A DNA stretch of 34,226 bases from Nanobdellota archaeon (GCA_002688395.1 NZCU01000014.1:1-34226); one strand, 5' to 3'. Positions 7,665 to 17,381 are shown, counted from the stretch's first letter. The notes: a model not told the origin generated them from the letters alone. Numbers and translations: made by a program.

Positions 7665-9041
7665 ATGGACCAAATTATGGAGATATCAAGGGGAGATTTT
7701 TGGAAATATGAGAAGCCTCTATTTATTTTAAAAAAGAGGATTTGGGGAGGTGGTTACTTTTACTTTCCTAGAAAACTTGCTAGAGAATTACGTTTGGATC
7801 GAGATTGTGTGCTGTTATTTAGGATAGCTTCTGCTAAATCTTTATTTTGCTTGAGTAAAATTTCTGAAGTAAGAAAAGATTATGTTTTAAAGATAAGTTC
7901 TGATATTCTTAAAAACTTGAGAATTAAAACATCTAGTTTGCTTAAATTAGAGTTCTTACAAATTAAGAAAAGAGGTGATAAACCAAAACTTCACATTATG
8001 AAGAATCATATTGATGTTATTAGGTATATTCCAGGAGGTAATGAATTTGTTTGTTTTAAAAGACCAGGGAATTGGGTTACTGTTTATTATCTAAAAGGAA
8101 GGAGTTCTTCTAATTTGACAATAAGAAGATTTGTTAAATTAAATCAGATATTTCTTTGGAATATTGGTTTTTATTTGGCAGAAGGTGAAAAAGCTACGAA
8201 TTATAGATTTGGATCATCTAATGCTGAAATAGATTTAATTAAATTGTTTAGAGATTGTGGAGAGAAATGTTTTGGTTTAAGTAGAAATGATTGGTATGCA
8301 GAACTGAGATTAAAGTATGGTAATGAAGTAGCTGTTAAACACTGGATTGATAATCTTGGTCTAAATAAAGATAAAGTTAATGTTAGAATTGTTAAAAATA
8401 AACCTCCTGAAACTGAATTTGGAAATTTATCTTTGGTTTTTTATAATAGGATTTTAGGGGAAATTAACAAAAATATTATTTATGATTTAAAATTTATAAG
8501 GAATTTGAGTAGAGTGGAGAAATTGTACATTCTTCGTGGACTTGAAGCTGGAGATGGTACCGTACTAAAAAATGGTTGCTTAGAAATGGGTATAACCTGT
8601 CAGAAAAAAGAAATGGAGATTGTGAAGTATTTACTTTCTTCTGTTTGTTCTAAAGATCCATTTATAAGAGAATATTGGACTTGTGATAAGGTTTGGTTTG
8701 TTTTCCATAGAGGTATTGAAATGGCTAAAGAATACATCTTAGATGGACATTTTTTGGAGCATACTAACAGACGGAAAAGACTATTAAATTTGTATAAATA
8801 TTATAAATTTAAGGAACTTTTTTGTTTATGTTTGTTATTGAATAGAAAAAATACTGTCTGGGATTTAACTAAAAATATGGACCTTACATATCCTGCAATA
8901 AATGTAAGATTGAAAAATTTAACAAAAGATGGTTTTATAATTAACAAGAAAGATAAACTCTTTAAAAATAATAGGTCCTATGATATTAGAAGGTTTTATT
9001 TAACTAATAAAGGAAAAGAGTATCTTAATCATTTTCTTTAA
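7665..9041 (+). CDS. LAGLIDADG homing-endonuclease-like protein with N-terminal AbrB/SpoVT-like segment and C-terminal wHTH
   Basis: Two LAGLIDADG-type motifs are present (NIGFYLAEGEK; YILRGLEAGDGTV). The N-terminal YFYFPRKLARELRLDRDCVLLF is AbrB-like. The C-terminal NVRLKNLTKDGFIINKK is wHTH-like. Confidence 0.75.
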   Translation: MDQIMEISRGDFWKYEKPLFILKKRIWGGGYFYFPRKLARELRLDRDCVLLFRIASAKSLFCLSKISEVRKDYVLKISSDILKNLRIKTSSLLKLEFLQIKKRGDKPKLHIMKNHIDVIRYIPGGNEFVCFKRPGNWVTVYYLKGRSSSNLTIRRFVKLNQIFLWNIGFYLAEGEKATNYRFGSSNAEIDLIKLFRDCGEKCFGLSRNDWYAELRLKYGNEVAVKHWIDNLGLNKDKVNVRIVKNKPPETEFGNLSLVFYNRILGEINKNIIYDLKFIRNLSRVEKLYILRGLEAGDGTVLKNGCLEMGITCQKKEMEIVKYLLSSVCSKDPFIREYWTCDKVWFVFHRGIEMAKEYILDGHFLEHTNRRKRLLNLYKYYKFKELFCLCLLLNRKNTVWDLTKNMDLTYPAINVRLKNLTKDGFIINKKDKLFKNNRSYDIRRFYLTNKGKEYLNHFL

Positions 9042-9042
9042 A

Positions 9043-9225
9043 TTATTTCTTTTTAGAAGTATTTCTCTTGTTCCATTTGTACTTTCTAAGTTTAGACGAT
9101 TTCCCATAACCGCATGAACTGCATCTTTTTTTTCTGATATGATAGGATCGCTCCCCACACCTATGGCATCGCAAATGAGTTTTCTTTCCTGATTTTTTAC
9201 CCATAGAGGGTGTTCCTTTGGTCAT
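9043..9225 (-). CDS. rpl37e: 50S ribosomal protein L37e
   Basis: [41 protein letters not shown] shows the L37e zinc-ribbon signature. It sits immediately downstream of the Sm gene, the conserved archaeal arrangement. Confidence 0.9.
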   Translation of the reverse strand: MTKGTPSMGKKSGKKTHLRCHRCGERSYHIRKKRCSSCGYGKSSKLRKYKWNKRNTSKKK

Positions 9226-9226
9226 T

Positions 9227-9454
9227 TTATTCTGATGGAGATATTAGAATTATTGTGTCTCCTCTTATGAATAGGGTTCCAAGTTTTCGTACCATTTGTC
9301 CATCACTATGTTCTTCTGCGTCTTCTAGGACAGTATTTATATGTACGTCAAAAGCTTTTAGTTTTCCAATTATTTGTTTTCCGTTCTTAAGTTCTAAGAT
9401 TACTTTTTTGTCTCTTGCACTATTTAATGTGTCTAAAGGTCTTAATGCTTCCAT
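9227..9454 (-). CDS. Sm-like (LSm) archaeal protein
   Basis: Sm1/Sm2 motifs are present ([33 protein letters not shown] ... [13 protein letters not shown]). I prefer the start at MEALRPLD (9454); the N-terminal extension in the track ORF looks non-coding. Confidence 0.85.
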   Translation of the reverse strand: MEALRPLDTLNSARDKKVILELKNGKQIIGKLKAFDVHINTVLEDAEEHSDGQMVRKLGTLFIRGDTIILISPSE

Positions 9455-9529
9455 ATTTTTAGCCCCCTTGATATAGATTCTTAAAAAACAAAAGTATATA
9501 AATGTTTTTTTTATCATAATAAATATAAA

Positions 9530-9910
9530 ATGTCAATATCACAATATAGACCAAAAAGGAAAGTTACTGGTGGAATTTATATTAACTTTAGAAAGAAAAG
9601 AAAATTTGAGTTAGGTAGTGAAGCGAATAATACTAGAGTTGGTGGATTAAAGAAGAAAAGTATTAGAGTTTTAGGTGGAAATAGGAAAAGTTTTTTGTTA
9701 ACATCTGATATTGCTAATGTTTTTGATGGAAAAAAGTATAGTAAATCTAAAATAAAGGCAGTTTTAGAAAATAGTGCTAATAGACATTTTGTAAGAAGAA
9801 ATATTATTACAAAAGGGGCTATTATTGACACAGAATTGGGGAAAGCTAAGGTTGTTTCAAGGCCTGGGCAAGAAAGTGTCATAAATGCAGTATTATTAAA
9901 GAAAGAGTAA
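9530..9910 (+). CDS. rps8e: 30S ribosomal protein S8e
   Basis: The N-terminal SQYRPKRKVTGG and basic composition are typical of S8e. Confidence 0.85.
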   Translation: MSISQYRPKRKVTGGIYINFRKKRKFELGSEANNTRVGGLKKKSIRVLGGNRKSFLLTSDIANVFDGKKYSKSKIKAVLENSANRHFVRRNIITKGAIIDTELGKAKVVSRPGQESVINAVLLKKE

Positions 9911-10013
9911 TTCTATTTGCATACGAAGTCAAGGTTTAAAATATAAGCTTTTAGAAACCTTTATATACTAGTATATTCGAAGATTTATAAAGCTTATGTT
10001 GGGGGTAAGTCTT

Positions 10014-10928
10014 ATGGCAGCAAATGTTAAAAAATGTCCAGAGTGTAGTGGCATAAATCTAATTTTGAATAAGGATAGAGGAGAAATTATTTGTAAAGAC
10101 TGTGGACTAGTAGTTGAAGAGAAAATGGTCGATTTTGGTCAAGAATGGAGAGAATTTGACAGTGATCAAGCTGCTTCTAGAAGAAGAACTGGAGCTCCTA
10201 TGACTTATACTAAATATGATAGAGGTTTAGGTACTGATGTGGGTAGAAAATCAGATATTTACCAATTAGGTGGAAAAGATAGAAATAGATTTTTTAGATT
10301 AAGAAAATGGCAATATAGGATTAGTACTGCTATTGAGAGAAATTTAAAGTTAGCTTTAGCTGAGTTGAAGAGAGTTAGTAGTTATTTAAAATTAACAAAG
10401 GCTGTTGAAGAAGAAAGTGCTAGAATTTATACTTTAGCTGTTCAAAGAGGGTTAGTTAGGGGTAGATCAATGGAAAGTGTTGTTTCTGGTGCGCTTTACG
10501 CTGCATGTAGAAGACATGAAGTGCCTAGAACTTTAGATGAATTATCAGAGGCAAGTGGAATAGATAAGAAAGAAATTGGAAGAACTTATAGATTTGTTAC
10601 AAGAGAATTAGGAATTAGAATATTACCAAGTAATCCTGTTGATTATATTGCTAGATTTGCAACTTCTTTAAAATTAAGTGCTGATACACAAACTAAAGCT
10701 GTTGAAATTTTAGAAAAAGCACAGAATAGTGAATTGACAAGTGGTAGAGGTCCTACTGGGATTGCTGCTGCTAGTTTATATGTTGCTGCTTTGATTAATA
10801 ATGAGAAAAGAACTCAAAGAGAAGTAGCTGATGTTGCTGGTGTTACAGAAGTAACTATAAGAAATAGATATAAAGAGCTAATTAAAAAATTAAAGTTAGA
10901 CGATAAGGTTAAGAAAAAAAGAAGATAG
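10014..10928 (+). CDS. tfb: Transcription initiation factor B (TFB/TFIIB)
   Basis: N-terminal zinc ribbon CPECSG...CKDCG, a B-reader/linker, and two cyclin-like repeats (RGRSMESVVSGALYAACR; GRGPTGIAAASLYVAA). An upstream in-frame ATG at 9996 is an alternative start. TAG stop. Confidence 0.92.
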   Translation: MAANVKKCPECSGINLILNKDRGEIICKDCGLVVEEKMVDFGQEWREFDSDQAASRRRTGAPMTYTKYDRGLGTDVGRKSDIYQLGGKDRNRFFRLRKWQYRISTAIERNLKLALAELKRVSSYLKLTKAVEEESARIYTLAVQRGLVRGRSMESVVSGALYAACRRHEVPRTLDELSEASGIDKKEIGRTYRFVTRELGIRILPSNPVDYIARFATSLKLSADTQTKAVEILEKAQNSELTSGRGPTGIAAASLYVAALINNEKRTQREVADVAGVTEVTIRNRYKELIKKLKLDDKVKKKRR

Positions 10929-10929
10929 G

Positions 10930-11202
10930 ATGAGTATTTATCAATTAGAAAGAGATTTGGCTGAATTTATTTTACCTCCTAAAGTGGAAGATTTAGATTT
11001 TGAGGAAGTTGCATCTTATAGTGATGAGTTATTTGAAGCATTACAAAGAGGATGGATTGGTTTGAAGAAATTTTATGAGGATAAAAGAAATTTGTATGGA
11101 GATGAAACTATAATGAGATTAGATGGTTTTAGTAATGATGATTGGGGTTTGTATAAAATGCTTTTAACTCCAGAAATAACAGAAGATCTTATTTTACCTT
11201 AG
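10930..11202 (+). CDS. Small acidic hypothetical protein
   Basis: 90-aa ORF starting 1 nt after the tfb stop. I recognise no motif. TAG stop. Confidence 0.4.
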   Translation: MSIYQLERDLAEFILPPKVEDLDFEEVASYSDELFEALQRGWIGLKKFYEDKRNLYGDETIMRLDGFSNDDWGLYKMLLTPEITEDLILP

Positions 11203-12089
11203 ATTTTAATTTCCATTAAGTCTTTAGCTGCTTTTGTGTTTTTGAAAACTTTTTTTGCTTCGTTTTCTAATTCTTTCACATCTCTATATCTTTGAGAAAA
11301 ATGTGTTAATATTAATTGTTTAACTTTTGCTTTTTTTGCTATTTTAGCTGTTAATTCTGTTGTTAAGTGTTTTCTTTTTCTAACTAAATCCTTTAATTCT
11401 TTTTTCCATGTACATTCAGTTATTAGTAAATCTGAGTTTTTTGCAATAATTTCTGCGTTTTTACAAGGAGCAGTGTCCATGATAATTGTTACTTTTTTAC
11501 CCTTTCCTGGTATGGTTGCTTTTTTTGCTAAAATTTTATGTCCTTTGTAAGTTATATTTTTTCCTTGTTGTAACTTCCCTAAAATTGGATGTTGTTTTAA
11601 GTTAAATTTTTTTAAATAATCTAAATTTATTTTTATTTTATCATTTTCTATTAAAGAATAGGCTAAACATGGTACAATATGGTCTAAAGTAATAGCTTCT
11701 AAATTAAATGATTTTCCTTTGTAGAATATTCCTGAAGATATTTCTTTTACTTTGAATTTTATAGTTTTCTGTACTGCGATGCCGGAAAGCATGTTTTTTA
11801 GGTATTTTTTAGTGCCTTTTGGGCCGTAAATTTCTAATGTTTTCCTATAATCATTAGCTCTTAGATTTTGTAGTAAACCAGGAATGCCTAAAGTATGATC
11901 TCCATGCCAATGAGAAATTAATAATTTAGTTGTTTTACTTGGAGAAATGTTGGCTAATCTAAATTGTCTTTGAGTTCCTTCTCCACAATCTATTAAAATC
12001 CCTTCACCCTCATATTGTAAAAATATAGATGAATGGTTTCTAGTTTTCGTTGGAATCATCGAAGATGTTCCCAAAAATGTAATTTTCAT
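11199..12089 (-). CDS. rnz: Ribonuclease Z (tRNA 3' endonuclease), metallo-beta-lactamase fold
   Basis: HxHxDH motif in LISHWHGDHTLGIPGLL. Length and layout are typical of short-form RNase Z. Confidence 0.85.
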   Translation of the reverse strand: MKITFLGTSSMIPTKTRNHSSIFLQYEGEGILIDCGEGTQRQFRLANISPSKTTKLLISHWHGDHTLGIPGLLQNLRANDYRKTLEIYGPKGTKKYLKNMLSGIAVQKTIKFKVKEISSGIFYKGKSFNLEAITLDHIVPCLAYSLIENDKIKINLDYLKKFNLKQHPILGKLQQGKNITYKGHKILAKKATIPGKGKKVTIIMDTAPCKNAEIIAKNSDLLITECTWKKELKDLVRKRKHLTTELTAKIAKKAKVKQLILTHFSQRYRDVKELENEAKKVFKNTKAAKDLMEIKI

Positions 12090-12141
12090 AATATATATTA
12101 AATTGATAAGATTTTTAAATACTTTTGTTTAGTTATTGGAT

Positions 12142-12699
12142 ATGGTTAAAAAGAAAGAAGATATTATTGAACTTAAGAAGAAGATAGTTGGAGTGCTAGA
12201 AAAAGAGAGGGTTGTTGGAGATGTAAGTAATGAAAGTACTTTAATTTATGATAAAAGTAGATTTGGAGAGAGAGTTGGAGAGAAATTTCAGTATTCTTTA
12301 GTTGAAGGTTTGTTTTTATTAGATACTAAAAGAATGAATATTAAAGATGGAAGGGGTAAAAAGGTTAAATTTGATGATTTTTTAAAAAAAGCTAGGAGAT
12401 TTGATAAGAATTTTTGGGTTAAATACTGTGTTTTTAAAGATATGAGAAGTAGGGGTTATGTTGTTAAAACTGCTTTGAAGTTTGGAGCTGAATTTAGGGT
12501 TTATGGAAGGGGTATTAAACCTGGAGATGATCATGCTAAGTGGATTGTTTATCCTGTTCATGAATCTAATACAACTACTTGGTCTGAATTTGCTGCTAAA
12601 AATAGAGTAGCTCATAGTACTAGGAAAAGATTGCTCGTTGGTGTGGTTGATGATGAAGCAGAAGTATCTTATTGGGAGATATCTTGGATAAGGCCCTGA
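12142..12699 (+). CDS. endA: tRNA-splicing endonuclease (short, alpha-type subunit)
   Basis: The C-terminal catalytic domain is RGYVVKTALKFGAEFRVY...HAKWIVYPV. ATG at 12142, with TTG at 12136 as an alternative. Confidence 0.85.
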   Translation: MVKKKEDIIELKKKIVGVLEKERVVGDVSNESTLIYDKSRFGERVGEKFQYSLVEGLFLLDTKRMNIKDGRGKKVKFDDFLKKARRFDKNFWVKYCVFKDMRSRGYVVKTALKFGAEFRVYGRGIKPGDDHAKWIVYPVHESNTTTWSEFAAKNRVAHSTRKRLLVGVVDDEAEVSYWEISWIRP

Positions 12700-13802
12700 T
12701 TGACACTCCAGATAATTTTATTTTTGTATCCATTTTTTTGGATTATTCCTTCTTTTTCTAATTTGTTTAGATGTCTTATGGCTCCTCCATGTGTGAAAAG
12801 TAAACTATTAGCTATCTCTAACGTTTTTGAAGGTTTGTCCTTTAATATCTTTAAAATTTCTTTCTTTAATAAAATAGGATTTCTTGTTCTTTCTTTTCTA
12901 TTCCTAATTTTTATTTTGTACTCCATACTTAATTTTTTATGAGGACATTCAATAGGAATTGTATTGTGGAAATTTTCAAGACTTCTAGATGAAAGTGGTA
13001 GTGAGACTTTATCCTTTTTGTATCCATATTTGAAAATAACAATCTTATTAGTTTTAATATCTAAGTTTTCTAATAATTCTTTAACTTGTTTAATTAAATT
13101 TAAATTATGAATTGTTAGGTTTGGTTCTTTAGAAAAAGATCCGTCATCATCGAACAAAGCTCCAGTAAATGACGATTTACATTCTTTTGAGGATGAAAAT
13201 ATTAATTTTGGGATTCTATTTGGGTGCGTAATCTGAAAATCAAATAAATGTTGAATTATGTCTGAAATTGCTTTTGGAAATTCAATAATTGATGTGGTTT
13301 TCGTTTTTATTTCTCTAGTTCTAAAGTTGCCGAAAAGAGATAATTTTTCTATGAATTTTTCCCTTAGAGTTTTATCAGAATTCGCATAATATGGAGGATG
13401 ACTTTTTGCTTGACAGCCGTCTGCAATCATATGACCAATTATGGAATATAGCTTTGGAGTTTCTTTTAATGGCAGTTTTAGTTTTTTAATTTCCAAACCT
13501 GCTCTTACGCTAATTGCTAAAATATTCTTTTCTAGTTTGAACTTATTTTTGGAATCTATAATTTTTTTTAATAATTTTAATGGAATCGATTGAGAGTATT
13601 TAATCTTGTATTTTATACTAAATCCTCTTTCATAGTTTAGCAACGTTCTCAAATTAATATTTAGATATTTGGCAGTTTTTCTTTTGCTACCAAATTTTTC
13701 ATATAATTGATTAAATAATTTCTTTCTAAAGTTATCTTTTATCTTAACATATATTGTTTCTGGAAAATCTAAAATATCCCACTCCTTCAGTTTTCTTGAC
13801 AT
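12669..13802 (-). CDS. LAGLIDADG homing-endonuclease-like protein flanked by N- and C-terminal HTH/wHTH domains
   Basis: LAGLIDADG-type motifs are YSIIGHMIADGCQ and FTGALFDDDGSF. N-terminal HTH is KRKTAKYLNINLRTLLNYERG; C-terminal wHTH is GGAIRHLNKLEKEGIIQKNG. The 3' end overlaps the endA 3' end by 31 nt. Confidence 0.75.
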   Translation of the reverse strand: MSRKLKEWDILDFPETIYVKIKDNFRKKLFNQLYEKFGSKRKTAKYLNINLRTLLNYERGFSIKYKIKYSQSIPLKLLKKIIDSKNKFKLEKNILAISVRAGLEIKKLKLPLKETPKLYSIIGHMIADGCQAKSHPPYYANSDKTLREKFIEKLSLFGNFRTREIKTKTTSIIEFPKAISDIIQHLFDFQITHPNRIPKLIFSSSKECKSSFTGALFDDDGSFSKEPNLTIHNLNLIKQVKELLENLDIKTNKIVIFKYGYKKDKVSLPLSSRSLENFHNTIPIECPHKKLSMEYKIKIRNRKERTRNPILLKKEILKILKDKPSKTLEIANSLLFTHGGAIRHLNKLEKEGIIQKNGYKNKIIWSVNQGLIQDISQ

Positions 13803-13826
13803 TTAGTAATAATTAAGGATTTTTTC

Positions 13827-13875
13827 TTTATAAACTTCACGGGGGCATGACAAGTGTGTCAAGTATGTCAAGTGA
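13827..13875 (-). promoter_or_regulatory. Conserved upstream cassette, copy B (minus strand)
   Basis: The reverse complement reads CTTTCACTTGACATACTTGACACACTTGTCATGCCCCCGTGAAGTTTATAAA. It has the same box1/box2/TATA order as copies A, C, D and E, plus an internal TGACA...TGTCA inverted repeat. Confidence 0.65.
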
Positions 13876-13952
13876 AAGTAGCCTGGATTAGACCTTGATT
13901 TCTATATTCTAACATAATAATATTTTTAAAAAAAGTAGTATAATTTTAATAT

Positions 13953-14873
13953 ATGGTGGATGTTGATCGTAGAGATAAAATATTAGAGTTTGTAAGAAAA
14001 GAAGGAGCTGTTTTACCTATTAAGATTTCTAAAGAATTTAATATAGATACTATGTTTTCAGGCGCGATGTTATCAGAGCTTGTTAATAGTGGTAAAATTA
14101 AAGTTACTGAGCATTTAAAGGTTGGAGGAACTCCTGTTTATTATGTTGAAGGTATGGAAGCTAAATTAGAGGATTATACTAAATTTCTTAATGAGAAGGA
14201 TATTAGGACTATTGCTTTTTTGAAAGATAAAGGGATAGTTGAAGATAAAGGGTTAAGTCCTTTGCAGAGAGTTTCTTATAGGATTGTTAAAGATTTTGCT
14301 AAGAGTATTGTGTTAAAAAGAGATGATGGGAGTAAAGAGGTTTTTTGGAGATATTTTTTAGTTGATGAGGAAGCTGCTAAAGAAAAAATATTAGATTTGA
14401 TTAATAATAAAAAGGAAGATGTTAAGGTTAAAGTTGAGAAACAGGCATCTTTAGAAGAACCTGCTTTAGAAGAGGAAGTTCACGAAGAAAAAGAGCTTCC
14501 TGAGGAAAAACCTTTAGAGGAGCCTTTACAAAGAGAGGTCCCTGAGAGAATTGAGGTTAAGAAAAAACCTATTGGAGATGTTGTTAAAGAATTTTTTAGA
14601 GTTAATGGTATTACTGTTTGGGAAGAGAAGGTTATAAGGAAAGGAAAAGATGTTAATTACCTTGTAAGTTTTGATTCTAGAGTTGGGAAAGTTAGGTATT
14701 TTGCTAAATATAGAGATAAGAAAAGAATAAGTGAAGGAGATGTGAGTTTGGCTTATAATGAAGCTGGTAAATTGCCTTTATTGTTTCTAAGTAAAGGAGA
14801 GTTAACTAAACCTGCTAAGAGAATTATAGAAGAAGAATTTAAAGGTGTGATATTTAAGAGATTAAGTAGATGA
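13953..14873 (+). CDS. Hypothetical protein: N-terminal wHTH-like domain, acidic linker, basic C-terminal domain
   Basis: The N-terminal KILEFVRKEGAVLPIKISKEFNIDTMFSGAMLSELVNSGKIKV is wHTH-like. An E/P/K-rich linker follows. I could not assign a family. Confidence 0.45.
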   Translation: MVDVDRRDKILEFVRKEGAVLPIKISKEFNIDTMFSGAMLSELVNSGKIKVTEHLKVGGTPVYYVEGMEAKLEDYTKFLNEKDIRTIAFLKDKGIVEDKGLSPLQRVSYRIVKDFAKSIVLKRDDGSKEVFWRYFLVDEEAAKEKILDLINNKKEDVKVKVEKQASLEEPALEEEVHEEKELPEEKPLEEPLQREVPERIEVKKKPIGDVVKEFFRVNGITVWEEKVIRKGKDVNYLVSFDSRVGKVRYFAKYRDKKRISEGDVSLAYNEAGKLPLLFLSKGELTKPAKRIIEEEFKGVIFKRLSR

Positions 14874-15913
14874 TAAAAATAATTGATTGTGGAAGCCAAT
14901 TAACTCAGAATATTGCTAGGAGAGTTAGAGAGTTGGGTGTTTTTACAGAGATTGTTCCTTTTAATACATCTTATGAAAATGTTGTTGAGCAAGATACAGA
15001 TGGACTTATAATTTCTGGAGGTCAATTTAGTGTACATGATGATACTGCACCTATGTATACAAAAAAATTCTTAGAAGCTAGTATTCCCATACTTGGAATT
15101 TGTTATGGGCTTCAATCAATTTCTCATTTATTAGGTGGGAAAGTGATATCTACAAAAAATAGAGAATATGGAGAGACAAAGATTAAGATATTAAAGAAAA
15201 ATCTTCTATTTAAAGATATTAATTCTGAAGAATTTACTGTATGGATGAGTCATGGAGATATATTAGAAGAAGTTCCTTCTGGTTTTGAGGTTCTTGCAAA
15301 ATCATGGAATAATCATATAGCCTCAATACAAAGAGATAATATTTATGCTGTACAGTTTCATCCTGAAGTTGACCACACTGAACATGGAAGAAAGATACTT
15401 GATAATTTTTTAGAAATTTGTAAGTCAAAAAGGACTTGGGATCCTGAAAAAGAGTATAATTTTATTCTTAATAAAACTAGAGAAAAAATAGAAGGGAAAA
15501 TTGGTGTTGGTGGTATAAGTGGAGGTGTTGATTCAACAACAGTATCTGTTCTACTTGATAGAATAGCTGGAGAAAATTATCATCCAATTTTTATTGATAA
15601 TGGGTTATTAAGATTGAATGAGATAAATGAAGTAAAAAATAATCTTAGTTCTCTCGGCCTTAGAGTGCATTATGTTGATGCTAGTGAGAGATTTCTTTTA
15701 AAATTAAAGGGAGTTATTGATTCGGACGAAAAGAGGAAGATTATTGGTCATGAATTTATTAGAGTATTTGAGGAGGAAGCTAGGAAAATTCCAGGAGCTT
15801 CTTATTTAGTTCAAGGGACGCTTTATCCTGATGTTATTGAAAGTGTACCAATTTATAGTGCTTCTTCTATGATAAAAAGACATCATAATGTTGAGGATTG
15901 CCCAAAGATATGA
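14870..15913 (+). CDS. guaA: GMP synthase (glutamine-hydrolysing), part 1: GATase domain plus N-terminal part of the ATP pyrophosphatase domain
   Basis: GATase catalytic region PILGICYGLQ and HPEV; PP-loop SGGVDSTT. It ends ...HHNVEDCPKI where the family has HHNVGGLP, so the frame is lost at about 15893. Confidence 0.85.
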   Translation: MIKIIDCGSQLTQNIARRVRELGVFTEIVPFNTSYENVVEQDTDGLIISGGQFSVHDDTAPMYTKKFLEASIPILGICYGLQSISHLLGGKVISTKNREYGETKIKILKKNLLFKDINSEEFTVWMSHGDILEEVPSGFEVLAKSWNNHIASIQRDNIYAVQFHPEVDHTEHGRKILDNFLEICKSKRTWDPEKEYNFILNKTREKIEGKIGVGGISGGVDSTTVSVLLDRIAGENYHPIFIDNGLLRLNEINEVKNNLSSLGLRVHYVDASERFLLKLKGVIDSDEKRKIIGHEFIRVFEEEARKIPGASYLVQGTLYPDVIESVPIYSASSMIKRHHNVEDCPKI

Positions 15914-16389
15914 ATTTAGAAGTTGTTGAACCATTTAAGCATATGTTTAAGGATGAGGTGAGAAAGATAGCTGAAAATAAACTTAATATGTCTAGAGCTG
16001 TTGTTTGGAGACATCCCTTTCCTGGACCGGGATTGGCTATACGTATTAAGGGAGAAGTAGATAAAGAAAAATTAGAGATTGTGAGACAAGCTGATGCTAT
16101 TTTTCTTGATGAACTTAAAAGAAGAGGGTTATATTATGATATTAGCCAAGCATTTGTGGGATTAAATGATGTTCAATCAGTTGGAGTTATGGGAGATGAA
16201 GGTACTTATGAAGGAGAGATTAGATTGAGAGCAGTTGTTACAAAGGATTTTATGACTTCTGATATATATCATTTTAAATGGGAGGATTTACAAGCAATTT
16301 CTAATAGAATTGTAAATGAAGTTAGGGGTGTTAATCGTGTTTTTTATGATACAACTCAAAAACCTCCGGGAACGATAGAATGGGAATAG
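15898..16389 (+). CDS. guaA: GMP synthase, part 2: C-terminal/dimerisation region, in the -1 frame relative to part 1
   Basis: The frame reads (G)LPKDMNLEVVEPF...RHPFPGPGLAIRI...PPGTIEWE, the canonical GuaA C-terminus. It ends with tandem stops TAG TAA. Confidence 0.85.
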   Translation: MPKDMNLEVVEPFKHMFKDEVRKIAENKLNMSRAVVWRHPFPGPGLAIRIKGEVDKEKLEIVRQADAIFLDELKRRGLYYDISQAFVGLNDVQSVGVMGDEGTYEGEIRLRAVVTKDFMTSDIYHFKWEDLQAISNRIVNEVRGVNRVFYDTTQKPPGTIEWE

Positions 16390-16424
16390 TAAGGTTTAAA
16401 TATTGGGATTTTTGAAGATTAATT

Positions 16425-16619
16425 ATGGGAAGAATTAAAACTACTTTAGTTAAAAGAAGTGCAGAGAACTTCTTAGATAAACATCCAGATTTGTTTAAGA
16501 CTTCATTTAAAGAAAATAAAGTTAAATTAGCTGGAGTTGGAGAGATAAAATCTAAAAAATTAAGAAATAAGATTGCTGGATATTTAACTAGACTTACTAA
16601 ACAACAAGAAAAAGCTTAA
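16425..16619 (+). CDS. rps17e: 30S ribosomal protein S17e
   Basis: The N-terminus MGRIKTTLVKRSAENFLDKHPDLF is typical of S17e. Confidence 0.85.
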   Translation: MGRIKTTLVKRSAENFLDKHPDLFKTSFKENKVKLAGVGEIKSKKLRNKIAGYLTRLTKQQEKA

Positions 16620-16620
16620 T

Positions 16621-16664
16621 TTTTACCCGACATACTCGCCATACCCTCGTGAGACTTATAAATG
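16621..16664 (+). promoter_or_regulatory. Conserved upstream cassette, copy C
   Basis: TTTTACCCGACATACTCGCCATACCCTCGTGAGACTTATAAAT starts 1 nt after the rps17e stop codon. Confidence 0.7.
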
Positions 16665-16684
16665 AATAATTCTTTGTTTATTAT

Positions 16685-17380
16685 ATGTATTGTTTGACTG
16701 ATTCTCAAAAAGTAGATTTGGCTTATTTAATTGGGGCTGTTATTGGTGATGGATCTTATATGAACACTAAGAGTGGAAAAAGACGAAATATTAGATTTTC
16801 TTTCGGTTCTTCTGATAGGGAGTTTGTCGTTATTATAAAGGACATTATTAGAGACATTTTTTCCCTTGAATTAAACATATGTGTTGAAAGATTATCTCTA
16901 AAAAATAATGCATGGAGAGACCATTATAAAATAAGGAGTAGAATATTGCACAGACATCTTAAAAAATATCTTCCTGATAAGAATAAAATACCTAGTTTTG
17001 TCTATAATTCAAACCACTTTATTAAAAGTAGTTTTATTTCTGGATTTTTTGATGCTGAAGGAGGAATTTGTGTTAGTACTATAAAATCCAGAAATGTTTT
17101 AGATAGGAGATTGTATTGTCATAATTTCAATATTGATTTATTGAATGAAATTAAAGGATACTTATCTGAATTAGATATTGATTGTTTTATACAGAATAGT
17201 AAGAGAGCTTATGCTTTAAATATTTGGGGTTATAAAAATTTGGTTAATTTTAAAAATAAAATTGACTTTAGAATTTATAGAAAGAGATTTAAACTATTAG
17301 GTGCTATAAATAGTTATAAATTTGTTCACAAAAAATACAGACATTTGAAAGTTGATGTTCAAAACTTAGGAGGGATTTAA
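16685..17380 (+). CDS. LAGLIDADG homing endonuclease (compact two-motif form)
   Basis: Classic motifs are present: LAYLIGAVIGDGSY and FISGFFDAEGGI. Confidence 0.85.
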   Translation: MYCLTDSQKVDLAYLIGAVIGDGSYMNTKSGKRRNIRFSFGSSDREFVVIIKDIIRDIFSLELNICVERLSLKNNAWRDHYKIRSRILHRHLKKYLPDKNKIPSFVYNSNHFIKSSFISGFFDAEGGICVSTIKSRNVLDRRLYCHNFNIDLLNEIKGYLSELDIDCFIQNSKRAYALNIWGYKNLVNFKNKIDFRIYRKRFKLLGAINSYKFVHKKYRHLKVDVQNLGGI

Positions 17381-17381
17381 A

